From assembly GCA_965222605.1 (NCBI GenBank), contig OZ244960.1:6144001-6208000 (forward strand): 64,000 nucleotides of DNA, written 5' to 3'. The notes beneath the pieces were generated by a model. It was not told where the DNA came from and did not search any database. It saw nothing but the letters and a program-made list of their open reading frames with translations. Both the position numbers and the translations under genes were made by a program. Of this stretch, positions 1 through 10,700 are shown piece by piece (the stretch's first letter is position 1; each line of letters begins with the position of its first letter). This DNA is from Candidatus Latescibacterota bacterium. GTDB lineage: Bacteria > Latescibacterota > UBA2968.

Positions 1-603
1 TATAAATGGCAAGTTTCCCAAATAAAAGATGGGGTTTTCTGCAAGTGGAGGAAAAGCGATGCACAACACGGCCATGGCTGCGATATTGCCAAGTGGCAGA
101 TTTTGACCTGGAAATGGAGCTGAGATAGGGCGGTTAGGCCACTGAAAAAAAGGTGTGGGAAAGCGTACAGTAAGTGCAAAACTGGTGAGCAGGACGATGG
201 CGAGGGGTAAATTTTGGAGCAAACCGAGGTAGCGATAGAGTATCAAACCACTGGCGAAGGCCGCAAGAACAGTGAATCCACCCGTGGCGAGTACAACGGC
301 TGTTTGTGAATAAATCACCGAGATGCCGTGGTCTCGCAGATTCTGAAGGTCTGTTGACAGACCTGTTTGCAGGCCAATCCACAGCAAGATAGCGCCGATG
401 CAATTGTACCGCAGCATTTCAAATAGGTGAAACACCTCATCGGTTTCGGGAAAAAAAATCCCTATGAGAACACCGAGGAACAGATAATGTGCTTTGCCTA
501 TTCGCAGACTATCTATCAGCGGGTATGGCGGCATCCACCGGAAAATTTTTTGGCCGAGAAAAAAAGCACCAAAACCGGCAATTAAGCTAAAAATGAAGGC
601 CAT
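1..603 (-). CDS. Polytopic membrane protein, possibly cation:proton antiporter-like (partial, runs off the left edge)
   Basis: Hand-translated from ATG at 603 with no stop to position 1: MAFIFSLIAGFGAFFLGQ...YLFLGVLIGIFF...ILLWIGLQTGLSTDL... Several hydrophobic segments. Not in the ORF track because it has no stop in the window. Confidence 0.6.
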   Translation of the reverse strand, partial: MAFIFSLIAGFGAFFLGQKIFRWMPPYPLIDSLRIGKAHYLFLGVLIGIFFPETDEVFHLFEMLRYNCIGAILLWIGLQTGLSTDLQNLRDHGISVIYSQTAVVLATGGFTVLAAFASGLILYRYLGLLQNLPLAIVLLTSFALTVRFPTPFFQWPNRPISAPFPGQNLPLGNIAAMAVLCIAFPPLAENPIFYLGNLPFI

Positions 604-702
604 AAAATGCCTGTACTTTGGGGATGACTGGTGTCGTCTTTACCGCGGTGGATTATACTTTTTTCTAAAGTTCGGGTCAAGGACGAAGTTGACGACCCAC
701 GC

Positions 703-731
703 TTGACAGCCAATTAAATATAGTGTATAGT
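703..731 (+). promoter_or_regulatory. sigma70-type promoter for the rsbW-hpf-hprK operon
   Basis: TTGACA (703-708), 17 nt spacer, TATAGT (726-731). Confidence 0.7.
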
Positions 732-871
732 CAAGATTGAGCTGTAACAGGTGGAATGTGAGAGAGCCTGCCTTAAGGGTCAATCCGCCCTTCTGCCCAT
801 AGTTTTGCTAATCTTGTGCTGCGCGTGGGGGCGGATGACCGGGTATTGATAGCACAAGTTCTGGAGACCCC

Positions 872-1318
872 ATGCCGGATTCATTACCTCAGGTGTTGAT
901 GCACAGTGCCCCAAGTTTATATGAGCATCTCGACGCATTTGCCCAAGTTGTTGAGTCGGCTATTCGTATAGCCGGTGCTTCAGAAGATGAGCAAGTTGAC
1001 CTGATGGTTGCAGTCATGGAAGCACTCAATAATGCGATCGACCATGGCAATGGTGAAGATGCTTCTAAGAAAGTGCATCTCAAGATCGATATCCACCCCG
1101 CTTTCATCACGGTTTGGGTGCAAGACGAGGGGCGAGGTTTTGATCCCAGTGCAGCACCTGACCCGCGTGTGCCAGAAAATCTGATGAATAATTCTGGGCG
1201 CGGGCTTTTGATGATGCGTGCGTTTATGGATGAGGTGGATTTTATGCCATCTCAAAAGGGCACGCTGGTTAAGATGATCAAGTATTTTTCTTCTAAATCG
1301 TCACCATCTCACTGTTGA
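872..1318 (+). CDS. RsbW-like anti-sigma factor / Ser-Thr kinase (HATPase_c_2)
   Basis: N-box EALNNAIDHGN, G1 DEGRGFDP, G2 SGRGLLMM, FMDEV motif. Confidence 0.85.
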   Translation: MPDSLPQVLMHSAPSLYEHLDAFAQVVESAIRIAGASEDEQVDLMVAVMEALNNAIDHGNGEDASKKVHLKIDIHPAFITVWVQDEGRGFDPSAAPDPRVPENLMNNSGRGLLMMRAFMDEVDFMPSQKGTLVKMIKYFSSKSSPSHC

Positions 1319-1329
1319 GGAGGATGCCC

Positions 1330-1644
1330 ATGCAAATTGTCATCTCTGGACATCACTACCATGTCTCGGACAGCACGCGCACCCATATAAAAGCTGCTGT
1401 CTCCCGGTTTGAGCGATTTTACACGCCAGTGCTGGGTTGTCATGTCACCATTAAAAAAGAGGATCCCGCATTTCGCGTTGATATTATTGTCAATGTGCAT
1501 GGACAAACCCTCAAAGCTTCCAACACTGGCAGTAAGCTCTTTCCCGTTATTGATGGTTCGGCAAAGAAGATGATTCGACAATTAAAGAAACTCCGCGACC
1601 GGCGTAGAAAACCGCGCGTTATTTCTGGTCTAAGTGAGGTATAA
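1330..1644 (+). CDS. hpf: Ribosome hibernation promoting factor (short HPF/RaiA)
   Basis: MQIVISGHH...ID...K..RQLKKLRD pattern; GAGGAGG RBS; lies upstream of hprK. Confidence 0.8.
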   Translation: MQIVISGHHYHVSDSTRTHIKAAVSRFERFYTPVLGCHVTIKKEDPAFRVDIIVNVHGQTLKASNTGSKLFPVIDGSAKKMIRQLKKLRDRRRKPRVISGLSEV

Positions 1645-1647
1645 GCC

Positions 1648-2616
1648 GTGCCTCAGATTTCTATTGGCAAGATGTTAGAGGATTATGGCGACCAACTCTC
1701 GCTCTCGTCCGTTGCTGGACAGGGGGGGATTGGCAACACCCTATCTACCAGCGATGTCCATCGACCCGGTCTCGCACTTGCGGGTTTCCTCGGTCTTTTT
1801 ACTTTTGACCGCGTTCAAGTTATGGGCAATACGGAGATGCTCTATCTGTCGAGCCTTGATCCCGATGTTTGTCGCCAAGCCCTTAAAACCATTTTTCAGT
1901 TTGACATTCCCTGTGTGGTTATCACAGATGGCAATGAAGTACTGCCCATGATGGTCGAATTGTCCAATGCGCGGCAAATTCCCCTGCTAACCACGCCGTT
2001 TGCAACCACCAAGTTCGCCCACCTTTTTTCTTATTATCTCGACGATGTGTTTGCACCGCGCACGGCCATTCACGGTTCGCTGGTCGATGTGTATGGCATT
2101 GGGCTGTTATTTGTCGGCGCGAGTGGGATTGGGAAAAGTGAAATTGCCGTTGATCTCGTTGAACGCGGGCATCGATTGGTCGCGGATGACGTCGTGCTCG
2201 TGTCGCGCAAGGTACAGGGCATGATTGTGGGCAGCAGTGGGGAAACACTGCGCGATCATATAGAAATACGCGGTCTTGGCATTTTGAATGTTCGCAATAT
2301 GTTTGGCGTGCGTGCCGTTCGAATGCAGAAGCGCGTCGAGGTTGTTGTCAAGCTCATTAAATGGGATGAGACCTCAGCGTATGATCGCATTGGACTCGAT
2401 GAGGATTGGGTCTCGATTCTCGACCTCGAGGTGCCACAGGTTACAGTACCGATCTATCCTGGGAAAAATATTACGGTGATTGCAGAGACGATAGCCCTGA
2501 ACTATCAACTCAAAATACAGGGCTATCACACGGCACAAGAATTCAATCGCCGCCTGGTTGAGCTCATGAAAAACAAAATCCGGGACGATATGTCTATCCG
2601 GGCAGATATCGAGTAA
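1648..2616 (+). CDS. hprK: HPr(Ser) kinase/phosphorylase
   Basis: HRPGLALAG, Walker A GASGIGKSE, GHRLVADD, EIRGLGI signature. Confidence 0.95.
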   Translation: MPQISIGKMLEDYGDQLSLSSVAGQGGIGNTLSTSDVHRPGLALAGFLGLFTFDRVQVMGNTEMLYLSSLDPDVCRQALKTIFQFDIPCVVITDGNEVLPMMVELSNARQIPLLTTPFATTKFAHLFSYYLDDVFAPRTAIHGSLVDVYGIGLLFVGASGIGKSEIAVDLVERGHRLVADDVVLVSRKVQGMIVGSSGETLRDHIEIRGLGILNVRNMFGVRAVRMQKRVEVVVKLIKWDETSAYDRIGLDEDWVSILDLEVPQVTVPIYPGKNITVIAETIALNYQLKIQGYHTAQEFNRRLVELMKNKIRDDMSIRADIE

Positions 2617-2630
2617 CTATGGAGGCATAA

Positions 2631-3557
2631 ATGAAATTTAAATGCGTTGTCTTATTGTTGTTTGGACTTATTGGGTGTGGGGGACAGAGTACTTTGGAAA
2701 ACGATGCCCAGCGCATGCTGGCTTCTGTATGGGATTTGGAAGAAGAATTGGCCGATTTACCGCAGGCGATTGCGCGGTATGGAGAAATCTCAGCGCAATT
2801 TCCACATACTGAGGCAGAAAAAACCGCGCGTGCGCGACGGGCAATGCTCGAGCGGGTACAAACGCGCCTGGCAGAACGAGAAGCTGTTCCGGAAGATAGT
2901 ATAGAGGCATTTTACGAGGCTGTGGTCGAGATCGCGCCCGATTATTTTGCCACGTTGAAGAAGCTCGGCACAAATTACAGCAATCAGATACACTTTTCCA
3001 CTCGTTTTGCCGCCAATACAGGAGCAGTGCAAATAAAAGAACAGGTCATAAGAATATGGGAAAAGCAGGATCGCATGTGGTCGCGCTACACCTTTCGCCC
3101 CATTCCATCAAATCGTTTCTGGCAGGACCAGTTGTGCAAGGACGCGCTAAATATTACAGAGATGTTAATTGACAAGTCATTTCGGGAGTACAATCACGCG
3201 CTGAGTATCATCAATAAGGGATTGGATTATGCTTCGGGCGAAGATGTGATTTCACGGGCCAAAGTCTATGCCGCCTATTGCACGTTTTGGCAGGGCAAAG
3301 CAGAGGACTTCCATCAGGGCGTCGCACTGGCAAAAGAAGCTCTGAGCTATGAATTTTTGTCGGATAATAACCGCGCGCGCGCCTATCATGTTATTGGTCT
3401 GTGTTATGCGTATATCTATCAGGATTCAGAGGACATGGCGCACCTTGATGAGGCGATAAAAGCACTCAATGAAGCCGTGAATATCGATGGGAATATGGGC
3501 GACGCCAAGGAATTGCTCAAAGCGTTGCGACAACAGCGAGGAAGGGTAGCTTCTTAG
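2631..3557 (+). CDS. TPR-like lipoprotein
   Basis: Signal peptide with lipobox LIGC; helical TPR-like repeats (ARAYHVIGLCY, EAIKALNEAVNID). Confidence 0.65.
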   Translation: MKFKCVVLLLFGLIGCGGQSTLENDAQRMLASVWDLEEELADLPQAIARYGEISAQFPHTEAEKTARARRAMLERVQTRLAEREAVPEDSIEAFYEAVVEIAPDYFATLKKLGTNYSNQIHFSTRFAANTGAVQIKEQVIRIWEKQDRMWSRYTFRPIPSNRFWQDQLCKDALNITEMLIDKSFREYNHALSIINKGLDYASGEDVISRAKVYAAYCTFWQGKAEDFHQGVALAKEALSYEFLSDNNRARAYHVIGLCYAYIYQDSEDMAHLDEAIKALNEAVNIDGNMGDAKELLKALRQQRGRVAS

Positions 3558-3560
3558 AAT

Positions 3561-4868
3561 ATGAAAAAAGTTGTTTGTAAATTTGGTGGTTCGTCAGTCG
3601 CCGATGCCGCGCAGGTCGAGAAGGTAGTGTCTATTGTGCGAAGTGATGAACGCCGTTGTTTTGTCGTGCCTTCTGCGCCGGGTAAGCGGTCGGATGACGA
3701 TACAAAAATTACCGATTTGCTCTATTTGTGCCACGAACTCGCGCGGCAAAATATCGATTTCTCAGAGCCTTTTAACAAAATTAGTACGCGTTTTTTAGAT
3801 CTCTCAAAGGCTCTTGCTGTGTCTATTGATATGGGTGGATTGCTTGCTGAAGTCGAGAGCAGGATTGCAGGGGGCGCGGGGCGAGATTATGTGGCGTCTC
3901 GCGGCGAGTATTTGTGTGCGCGCATTTTAGCTGATGTTTTGGACGCCGCGTTTGTCGATCCCGCCGAAGCGATTCTCTTTCGGGCTGATGGGCGTCTCGA
4001 CAGCGATTCATATCGGCGATTGCGGGCGTGTCTTTCAGATGAGCGGCTCTATGTTATTCCGGGATTTTACGGTGCAGATGCAGAGGGTGAGATCGTGACA
4101 TTTTCTCGCGGTGGTTCGGATATTACCGGCGCGATTGTCGCCCGCGCGGTGGGGGCAGAAGTTTACGAAAATTGGACGGATGTATCCGGGTTGCTCATGG
4201 CCGATCCTCGCCTGGTGCCCGATCCATTGCCTGTAGAGGAAATTACGTACCGAGAGATGCGCGAGTTGGCCTATATGGGGGCCGGTGTTTTTCACGACGA
4301 GGCGATGTTTCCCGTGCGTGCGGCTGAAATTCCCATTCACATACGCAATACCAATCGGCCAGAGGATGAGGGCACGCTGATTTTGCCGAGCCGGGGGCTA
4401 ACAGAGCGCATGATCATCGGGGTTGCGGGACGGCCCAATTTTAGCATGCTATTTATTGAAAAAGCCCTGATGAATCAGACGATGGGATTTGGGCAGCGGG
4501 TCTTAGAGGTGGTTGCGCGACACGGGATTAGTTATGATCACACGCCGTCTGGTATCGATACAATGTCGGTGATCATACAGGATGAGCAATTGGACGACAA
4601 GGGCGAACTTCTCGTTGAAGATATTCAACGCATTATCGAGCCTGATCGCGTCGAACTGATCCACGGACTCGCGCTGATTGCGACGGTTGGCGAGGGAATG
4701 TCGCACAGGGTTGGTATTGCTGCGCGCCTGTTTACTGCGCTGGCAGATGCAGGTGTGAATGTACGGGTGATCGATCAGGGGGCTTCGGAGATCAATATTA
4801 TTGTGGGCGTCGAAGAAGCCGATCTCGAGACAGCGCTGGTCGCTATTTATCGAGCTTTTGTTAATTAG
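3561..4868 (+). CDS. lysC: Aspartate kinase
   Basis: KFGGSSV, TFSRGGSDITG, NWTDVSG, C-terminal ACT domains. Confidence 0.9.
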   Translation: MKKVVCKFGGSSVADAAQVEKVVSIVRSDERRCFVVPSAPGKRSDDDTKITDLLYLCHELARQNIDFSEPFNKISTRFLDLSKALAVSIDMGGLLAEVESRIAGGAGRDYVASRGEYLCARILADVLDAAFVDPAEAILFRADGRLDSDSYRRLRACLSDERLYVIPGFYGADAEGEIVTFSRGGSDITGAIVARAVGAEVYENWTDVSGLLMADPRLVPDPLPVEEITYREMRELAYMGAGVFHDEAMFPVRAAEIPIHIRNTNRPEDEGTLILPSRGLTERMIIGVAGRPNFSMLFIEKALMNQTMGFGQRVLEVVARHGISYDHTPSGIDTMSVIIQDEQLDDKGELLVEDIQRIIEPDRVELIHGLALIATVGEGMSHRVGIAARLFTALADAGVNVRVIDQGASEINIIVGVEEADLETALVAIYRAFVN

Positions 4869-4891
4869 GGAGAGAAACTGGGGAGGGATTT

Positions 4892-5941
4892 ATGAAAATT
4901 CTCGTGACGGGATCACACGGTAGGGTAGGAGGCAATCTGGTCAAACGCTTGCTCTACAAAGGCCACGACATACGCGGCTTTGTCTATCCCGGCGATGCCA
5001 GCCGGGCGAGCAAATGGGAAGGCATCGATGCCGTCGAGGTCGTAGAAGGCGACTTGCGCGATTACGAGGCCGTGTCTCGCGCGGTTGAGGGTGTGGATGC
5101 TATATATCACCTGGCTGCGGCTTTTGCAAGCCCGCATAGCCATATCGAATATTTGCAGATCAATGGGCTGGGCACGCTTCATTTACTCGAAGCAGTGCGC
5201 GAGAAAGTCCCCAATTTGCAGCGTTTTGTCTATGCGTGTACCGAAGCAATATACTGGAAGGTTGAGGAAGCTGGGCGTCTGTTCGAGAAGCCAATTTCCG
5301 AAGATATGGTCAGTGCGACCCATGCGATGCCATATTTTTTGACCAAGTGGATCGGCGAAGAACTGGTGATGAATTATCACGTTCAATACGAAATTCCGAG
5401 CGTTGTGTGTCGGTTTGCAACCATTTTTGAACCGAGTGAATTTTTGACCGAAGATGGCGTTCCCAGGTTTTGTACCCTCAGACCTGTGGTCGAACGACTT
5501 CGACACATGAAAAATCCCATAGATGAACAGAGGGCACAACTCGCATCTCTGGAAAAAGCGTGGGAAGATGGCGCGCGGGTTTTGATTAGCAGGTGTCCCG
5601 ATGGCAGGAGTTTTAAGCAGGAGTGGGCAGATGTGCGGGATATCGCCCTCGGTCTTTCTCTGAGTTTGGAGCGCGATGAAGCCGTGGGCGAGGCATTTAC
5701 TCTGGGTGGAATGCTCATAGTGTGGGAAGACGATGTTCCAAGAGTTGCCGACTATCTCGGCGTAGGCTATACAGAAACGACCATGCCTGCGCCGAATTTT
5801 TTTGAATTTGATCGAACAAAAACCCAAAACTTGCTCGGGTACCACGCCGAACACGACCTGTGGAGTACGCTGAATACGGCTCTGGCAATGCGAGAGGGTA
5901 AAGATACAGATGTTGTTCCCACAGGTGTGCGATACGGATGA
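4892..5941 (+). CDS. NAD-dependent epimerase/dehydratase (extended SDR)
   Basis: TGSHGRVG Rossmann motif, HLAA, YxxxK (YFLTK). Confidence 0.85.
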   Translation: MKILVTGSHGRVGGNLVKRLLYKGHDIRGFVYPGDASRASKWEGIDAVEVVEGDLRDYEAVSRAVEGVDAIYHLAAAFASPHSHIEYLQINGLGTLHLLEAVREKVPNLQRFVYACTEAIYWKVEEAGRLFEKPISEDMVSATHAMPYFLTKWIGEELVMNYHVQYEIPSVVCRFATIFEPSEFLTEDGVPRFCTLRPVVERLRHMKNPIDEQRAQLASLEKAWEDGARVLISRCPDGRSFKQEWADVRDIALGLSLSLERDEAVGEAFTLGGMLIVWEDDVPRVADYLGVGYTETTMPAPNFFEFDRTKTQNLLGYHAEHDLWSTLNTALAMREGKDTDVVPTGVRYG

Positions 5942-5971
5942 AATCCCACATAATGTTGACGGAAGGAAACA

Positions 5972-7522
5972 ATGGAAACGCGTGTAGAAGGACCACCTGA
6001 TCGGGAGTATCGCAGGCTATTCGGTTTAGATATCTACCTGACGCCAGTATTTGTGATCTCCAGTATTACCATTGTCGCATTTGTCACTGGCGCGCTTGTC
6101 TTCCAGGAAGCCACGACAGTAGGGTTCAAAAATATCCGCGAGTGGCTCACTGCGAACCTCGATTGGTTTTTTATAATTTCGGCCAATCTCGTCGTGCTTT
6201 TTTGTGTGTATGTGGCGCTATCGCCCCTTGGAAAGGTGCGTCTGGGTGGTGCGGATGCAAAACCCGAATACACCAATTTAACCTGGCTTGCCATGCTCTT
6301 TGCGGCTGGCGTGGGCATAGGTCTGCTATTTTTTGGGGTGGCGGAGCCGGTGTACTACTTTCATAAGCCACCGCTCGGCATTACTCCAAGAACAGAGGAG
6401 GCCATTGCTGTCGGCATAGCGGCGACGGTTTTCCACTGGGGGCTGCACGGTTGGGCAATCTATGGTGTCGTTGGACTCGCTCTGGGGTACTTCGCGTACA
6501 ATCGGGGATTGCCTCTCACCATTCGCTCGGCATTCTATCCCTTGTTTGGCGACCGCATCTGGGGCTGGCCCGGACACATTATTGATACGTTCGCCATATT
6601 CGCGGGATTGTTTGGGCTTGCGACCTCCCTCGGTCTGGGGGTTCAACAGGTGACATCCGGGTTAAACTATCTGTTTGATATTCCCGCGAATAACACTACT
6701 ATGGTGGTGCTGATTGTGGTGATTACGTCCATTGCGCTGACATCGGTGCTGACGGGTATTAACGTCGGTATCAAGCGTCTTAGCCAGTTCAACATCATTC
6801 TCGCGCTTTTGCTGCTGTTGGCTGTTATATCGCTCGGCCCAACGCTCTACATTTTTCGCAGTATCTTCGCTGGATTCGGCAGTTATCTCGCGCATATTGT
6901 CCCTCTCAGCAACTGGATAGGGCGCGAGGATGTCGCCTTTGTGCGGGACTGGACGACTTTCTATTGGGCGTGGTGGTTTGCCTGGGCACCGTTTGTCGGC
7001 ACATTTATCGCCCGCATTTCAAAGGGGCGCACAGTGCGCGAATTTGTCTTCTTTGTGCTCTTGCTGCCAACGTTTTTATGCCTGTTGTGGTTTGGCACCT
7101 TTAGCGGCACGGCGTTCTACCAGCATATCGTTGAGGGCTATACCGGTGTAACCGAGAATGTCGAGGCGTGGAAGCTCGAGATAGCATTGTTCAAAATGTT
7201 TGACAAGTTGCCGATGGCGACGTTGCTTTCATCTGTGGCGATACTGCTGACTGTTGTGTTTTTTGTTACTTCGTCGGACTCCGGATCGTTGATTATTGAC
7301 ACCATAGCAGCCGGCGGCAAGGTTGACGCGCCAGTCGCACAACGCATTTTCTGGTGTACTATTGAGGGGTTAGTCGCCATAGCACTTCTGCTCGGCGGAG
7401 GCCTAAATGCGTTGCAAGCTGCCTCGCTCGCAACCGGCTTGCCGTTCGCTATTGTGCTATTGGGAATGGCTGTCTGCGTGTGGATGGGGCTTCGCAGTGA
7501 AGTGCGCGAATCGCGCGGATAA
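5972..7522 (+). CDS. BCCT family (betaine/carnitine/choline) transporter
   Basis: WLAMLFAAGVGIGL, FHWGLHGW, WTTFYWAWWFAWAPFVGTFIARISKGRT, TSSDS signatures. Confidence 0.95.
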   Translation: METRVEGPPDREYRRLFGLDIYLTPVFVISSITIVAFVTGALVFQEATTVGFKNIREWLTANLDWFFIISANLVVLFCVYVALSPLGKVRLGGADAKPEYTNLTWLAMLFAAGVGIGLLFFGVAEPVYYFHKPPLGITPRTEEAIAVGIAATVFHWGLHGWAIYGVVGLALGYFAYNRGLPLTIRSAFYPLFGDRIWGWPGHIIDTFAIFAGLFGLATSLGLGVQQVTSGLNYLFDIPANNTTMVVLIVVITSIALTSVLTGINVGIKRLSQFNIILALLLLLAVISLGPTLYIFRSIFAGFGSYLAHIVPLSNWIGREDVAFVRDWTTFYWAWWFAWAPFVGTFIARISKGRTVREFVFFVLLLPTFLCLLWFGTFSGTAFYQHIVEGYTGVTENVEAWKLEIALFKMFDKLPMATLLSSVAILLTVVFFVTSSDSGSLIIDTIAAGGKVDAPVAQRIFWCTIEGLVAIALLLGGGLNALQAASLATGLPFAIVLLGMAVCVWMGLRSEVRESRG

Positions 7523-7703
7523 GAGTATCAATTCTCTCAACATTTTCAAGCAAGAATTTGACATTGAGAGAATTCCAACATATTTTTTTGTGAATGTGAA
7601 CGTTATATATCAGCATCTAACCTGGTAATTTCAAAGAGTCTCTAATCAAAAAAACAGTCCCGAATTGTTGTGAAACGGATGAAATAACAAAGGGGGAAGT
7701 CCT

Positions 7704-10700
7704 ATGGTGCTCTTGAGCAGGTTTATTCCGATTCTGGTATGCGCGGCATTGTTTTCTAACGTGGTCCAGGCGCAATCTGTTGGAACTGTAACGGGCACTG
7801 TGGCTGATGCTGCAAGCGGTGAGAAATTAGAAGTGGTGCAGGTCCATATTCCGACTCTGAAACTGGGTGTAGTGTCGGACGCGCAAGGCCGCTTTACCAT
7901 CCCAAATGTGCCAGTTGGCGTACACGAACTGAGGGCTGATTTGATCGGTTATGCGAGCGCGACAGTAGCGATTACTGTGACGGCAGGAGAGACAGTGACG
8001 GTTGCGTTGCAGATGAATCACTCTGCGCTTTATCTCGATGAAGTGGTAGTGACAGGTACGGCGTTTAAGGAATCGCCGATCAGTTTGACTTATGCGGTTG
8101 CGGTGGTTGGGCGAGAGAAGATGGCGGAGCAGGGTTCTCCTCAGGCGGTTGATTTCTTCAAGAATCTGGGTGCGAGCCACGGCGTGATCGGAGAGCGCAG
8201 CAGTTGGTACAATGCGAGCCAGGCTGGTACTCTTACGGAGAGTATTGCCAATGTGAACCTGCGCGGGCTTGGTGCATCGCGGACGCTGGTTTTGATCAAT
8301 AGCCGCCGACAGACTTATGTACCGGCGCGCTTGATCGGTGGACGCTTTGTCGATGTAAATGTTATTCCCTCTATCGCCATTGACCGGATCGAGGTACTCA
8401 AGGAGGGAGCCTCGGCCATCTATGGATCGGATGCAGTAGCCGGCGTCGCCAACTTTTTGACCCGATCCGATTTTGAGGGTTTTGAAGTCTCAGGCGCTCA
8501 CGAGTATTTCGCCGGTGCAGGCGATACGAATATAGGCGCGATATGGGGTGGAAAACTCGGCGATGCCCATGCGGTTATTTCTGCGGAATGGATGGGGCGC
8601 CAGGAGCTACCGTCCACAGAGAGAGATTACCTGTTGCAGCCGTGGCACGGTGGCGGGCAGCGTTTGGGATGGTCGAGTTTGGGGAACCCCGGCACCTTTG
8701 CCATTGGTGCGCCAGCGCCATGGACAGCTGCTATCCACGCCCCCCGTTGTGAAGAATTTGGCGGGTACCGGGAATCCTGGACATGCCGCTTCCGCTATCA
8801 GCAGTATGAGAATCTGGTCGAGAAAATGAGTCATATCCGTGCTTTTGCTGAGATCAATGGTTCTCTGGACAATGGTACAGATTATCACGTCGAGGGCCTG
8901 TGGGCAGAGGCCGAGATTCCCAATTGGTACACGACACCTTCGTATCCTCCGTTCCCACTGACAGACACCAGTATTATGGAGGTCGCGTCCGACCACCCGG
9001 GGCGGCAGGCATTTTGCGAGGATTACGGTGCAAATCCCGGCGATCTGTATTACGACGCATGTCAGGGCGGTGAGAACTGGTATTTCAATGGGCGGCCATT
9101 TGGGAACTCGGGACCAGGGCGCAGGCTGGGCCGCCAATCCAGCACTTTGCGCCTGGCGGCTTCGGCAAATGGCGATTTTAAGGCGTTCGGCGGGCGAGAT
9201 GCCCATTTTGACATGGGTCTCACTTATTCGCGTACGTCGGGCAATTACAATTTGCCGGGGGTGTACATTGAGCGGTTGTTCCTCGGTTTTCGCGGTTTTG
9301 GGGGACCAGATTGCGGTGTTGGCGTGGAGGCAGACCCAACGTCTCTGGCAGGAATGCGGCTCGGCCCGCTCAATGGCAAGGTGGCCGGTCAGGGCAACTG
9401 CGAGTACTACAACCCCTTCGGCAATGCCATCGAATTCACGGATCAACATGGCTCGTCTTTTGCGAACTCGCCGAATCCCGGTTACCGCTCCAATCTTGCG
9501 AATAGTCCCGAACTGAGGGAATGGCTCGCCAATCAAGAAGTCGATCTACAAAGTACCGCGGATATACTGGTTGCCGAGGCGACGTTGACGGGAACATGGA
9601 CGGAGAACGTCTGGCTCAATGCGAGTTATGCCGCCGGGTATCAGTTCCGCAAGCTCAGTGCTACTGGCGATCCGAACGACCCGGGCGATGTGACCATCAA
9701 CCCATGCCCGGTTCCGGGAGATAAGGGTTGTTCAGAGGAAGATAAGTTCGGTCCCTATGCGTTCACGAATGTGAATCGACCATACTCCGAAGACCAGACG
9801 GTACACCGCTTTTTTGGCGAAATCCCTCTGAGCCTGGGAGAGCGCGTTGATGTGCAACTCGCCGCGAATTACGAGTTCCACGATGTGGCGAGCAGTTTCG
9901 ATCCCAAGGTCGGCTGGCGCGTGCAGCTTGCGGAATCCCCGACCCATTCCCTGTTTATGCGAGGCTCGGTGCAGACGACATTTCGCACGCCATCGCTGGA
10001 CGATGTAAATGAAAGCCCGTTATCGACGCTCGAGTGGATCAATCAGACGGGTGCGTACCAGACGGTCGATAGAATCGGGAGCAAGGACCTCAAACCCGAA
10101 CAGGCTTTTACCTATAATGCTGGTCTCGCGCTGGTCACAGAGGCAGGCTTTGAAGCGACTTTTGACTATTGGAGCTACGATTTCAGCGATGTCATCGGCG
10201 CTATGCCCCACGGGAGAATTACCGACTTATATGACGCCAATAAGAATGCTCTGAGGCCATTCATTGTCTGCCCGGATGGGGTAGGCACTGGCACATGCGC
10301 GGCCTCAGAACTTGAGCGGGTGCGAGTTGATATCGTCAACTGGCCGGGAGTCAAGACTTCGGGAGTCGATGTGCATCTGGGCACGCGGATGCCGGCGGGT
10401 ACAGGGCAATTCGCGGCCAGTCTGGATGGTACTTATACGCTGTCGTATGAGACAAAGGCTCTGATGCTGGGCAATTTGGTGCTTCAAGATGCGGCAGACG
10501 CTGCTGGCTACCTGAATTTTGGCAATCCCATTGCGACTTCGCTTCCCAAGTTGAAGGGGCGAGTATCGGCGGGCTATCACTGGAAAACCTACAGTCTGGT
10601 GAGCTATCTGAACTATATTTCGTCTTATGAGGACCGGGGATCAATGGGTTCCGATAACACGACTATTAAAAATTTATTCGGTACTATTGACTCGTTTGTC

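Noticed and set aside
134-706. Short track ORFs 134-403 (-) and 494-706 (+)
   Set aside because: Explained as alternative frames of the longer 1-603 minus-strand membrane-protein ORF.
778-840. Apparent similarity between the rsbW leader and the 23100-23188 leader (GGTCA...GCCCTTCT...AATC..TGTG)
   Set aside because: The matches are too short and gapped to call homology by eye.
8607-9536. 309-aa antisense ORF inside the TonB-dependent receptor
   Set aside because: Shadow ORF of a GC-rich coding strand with no recognisable motifs.
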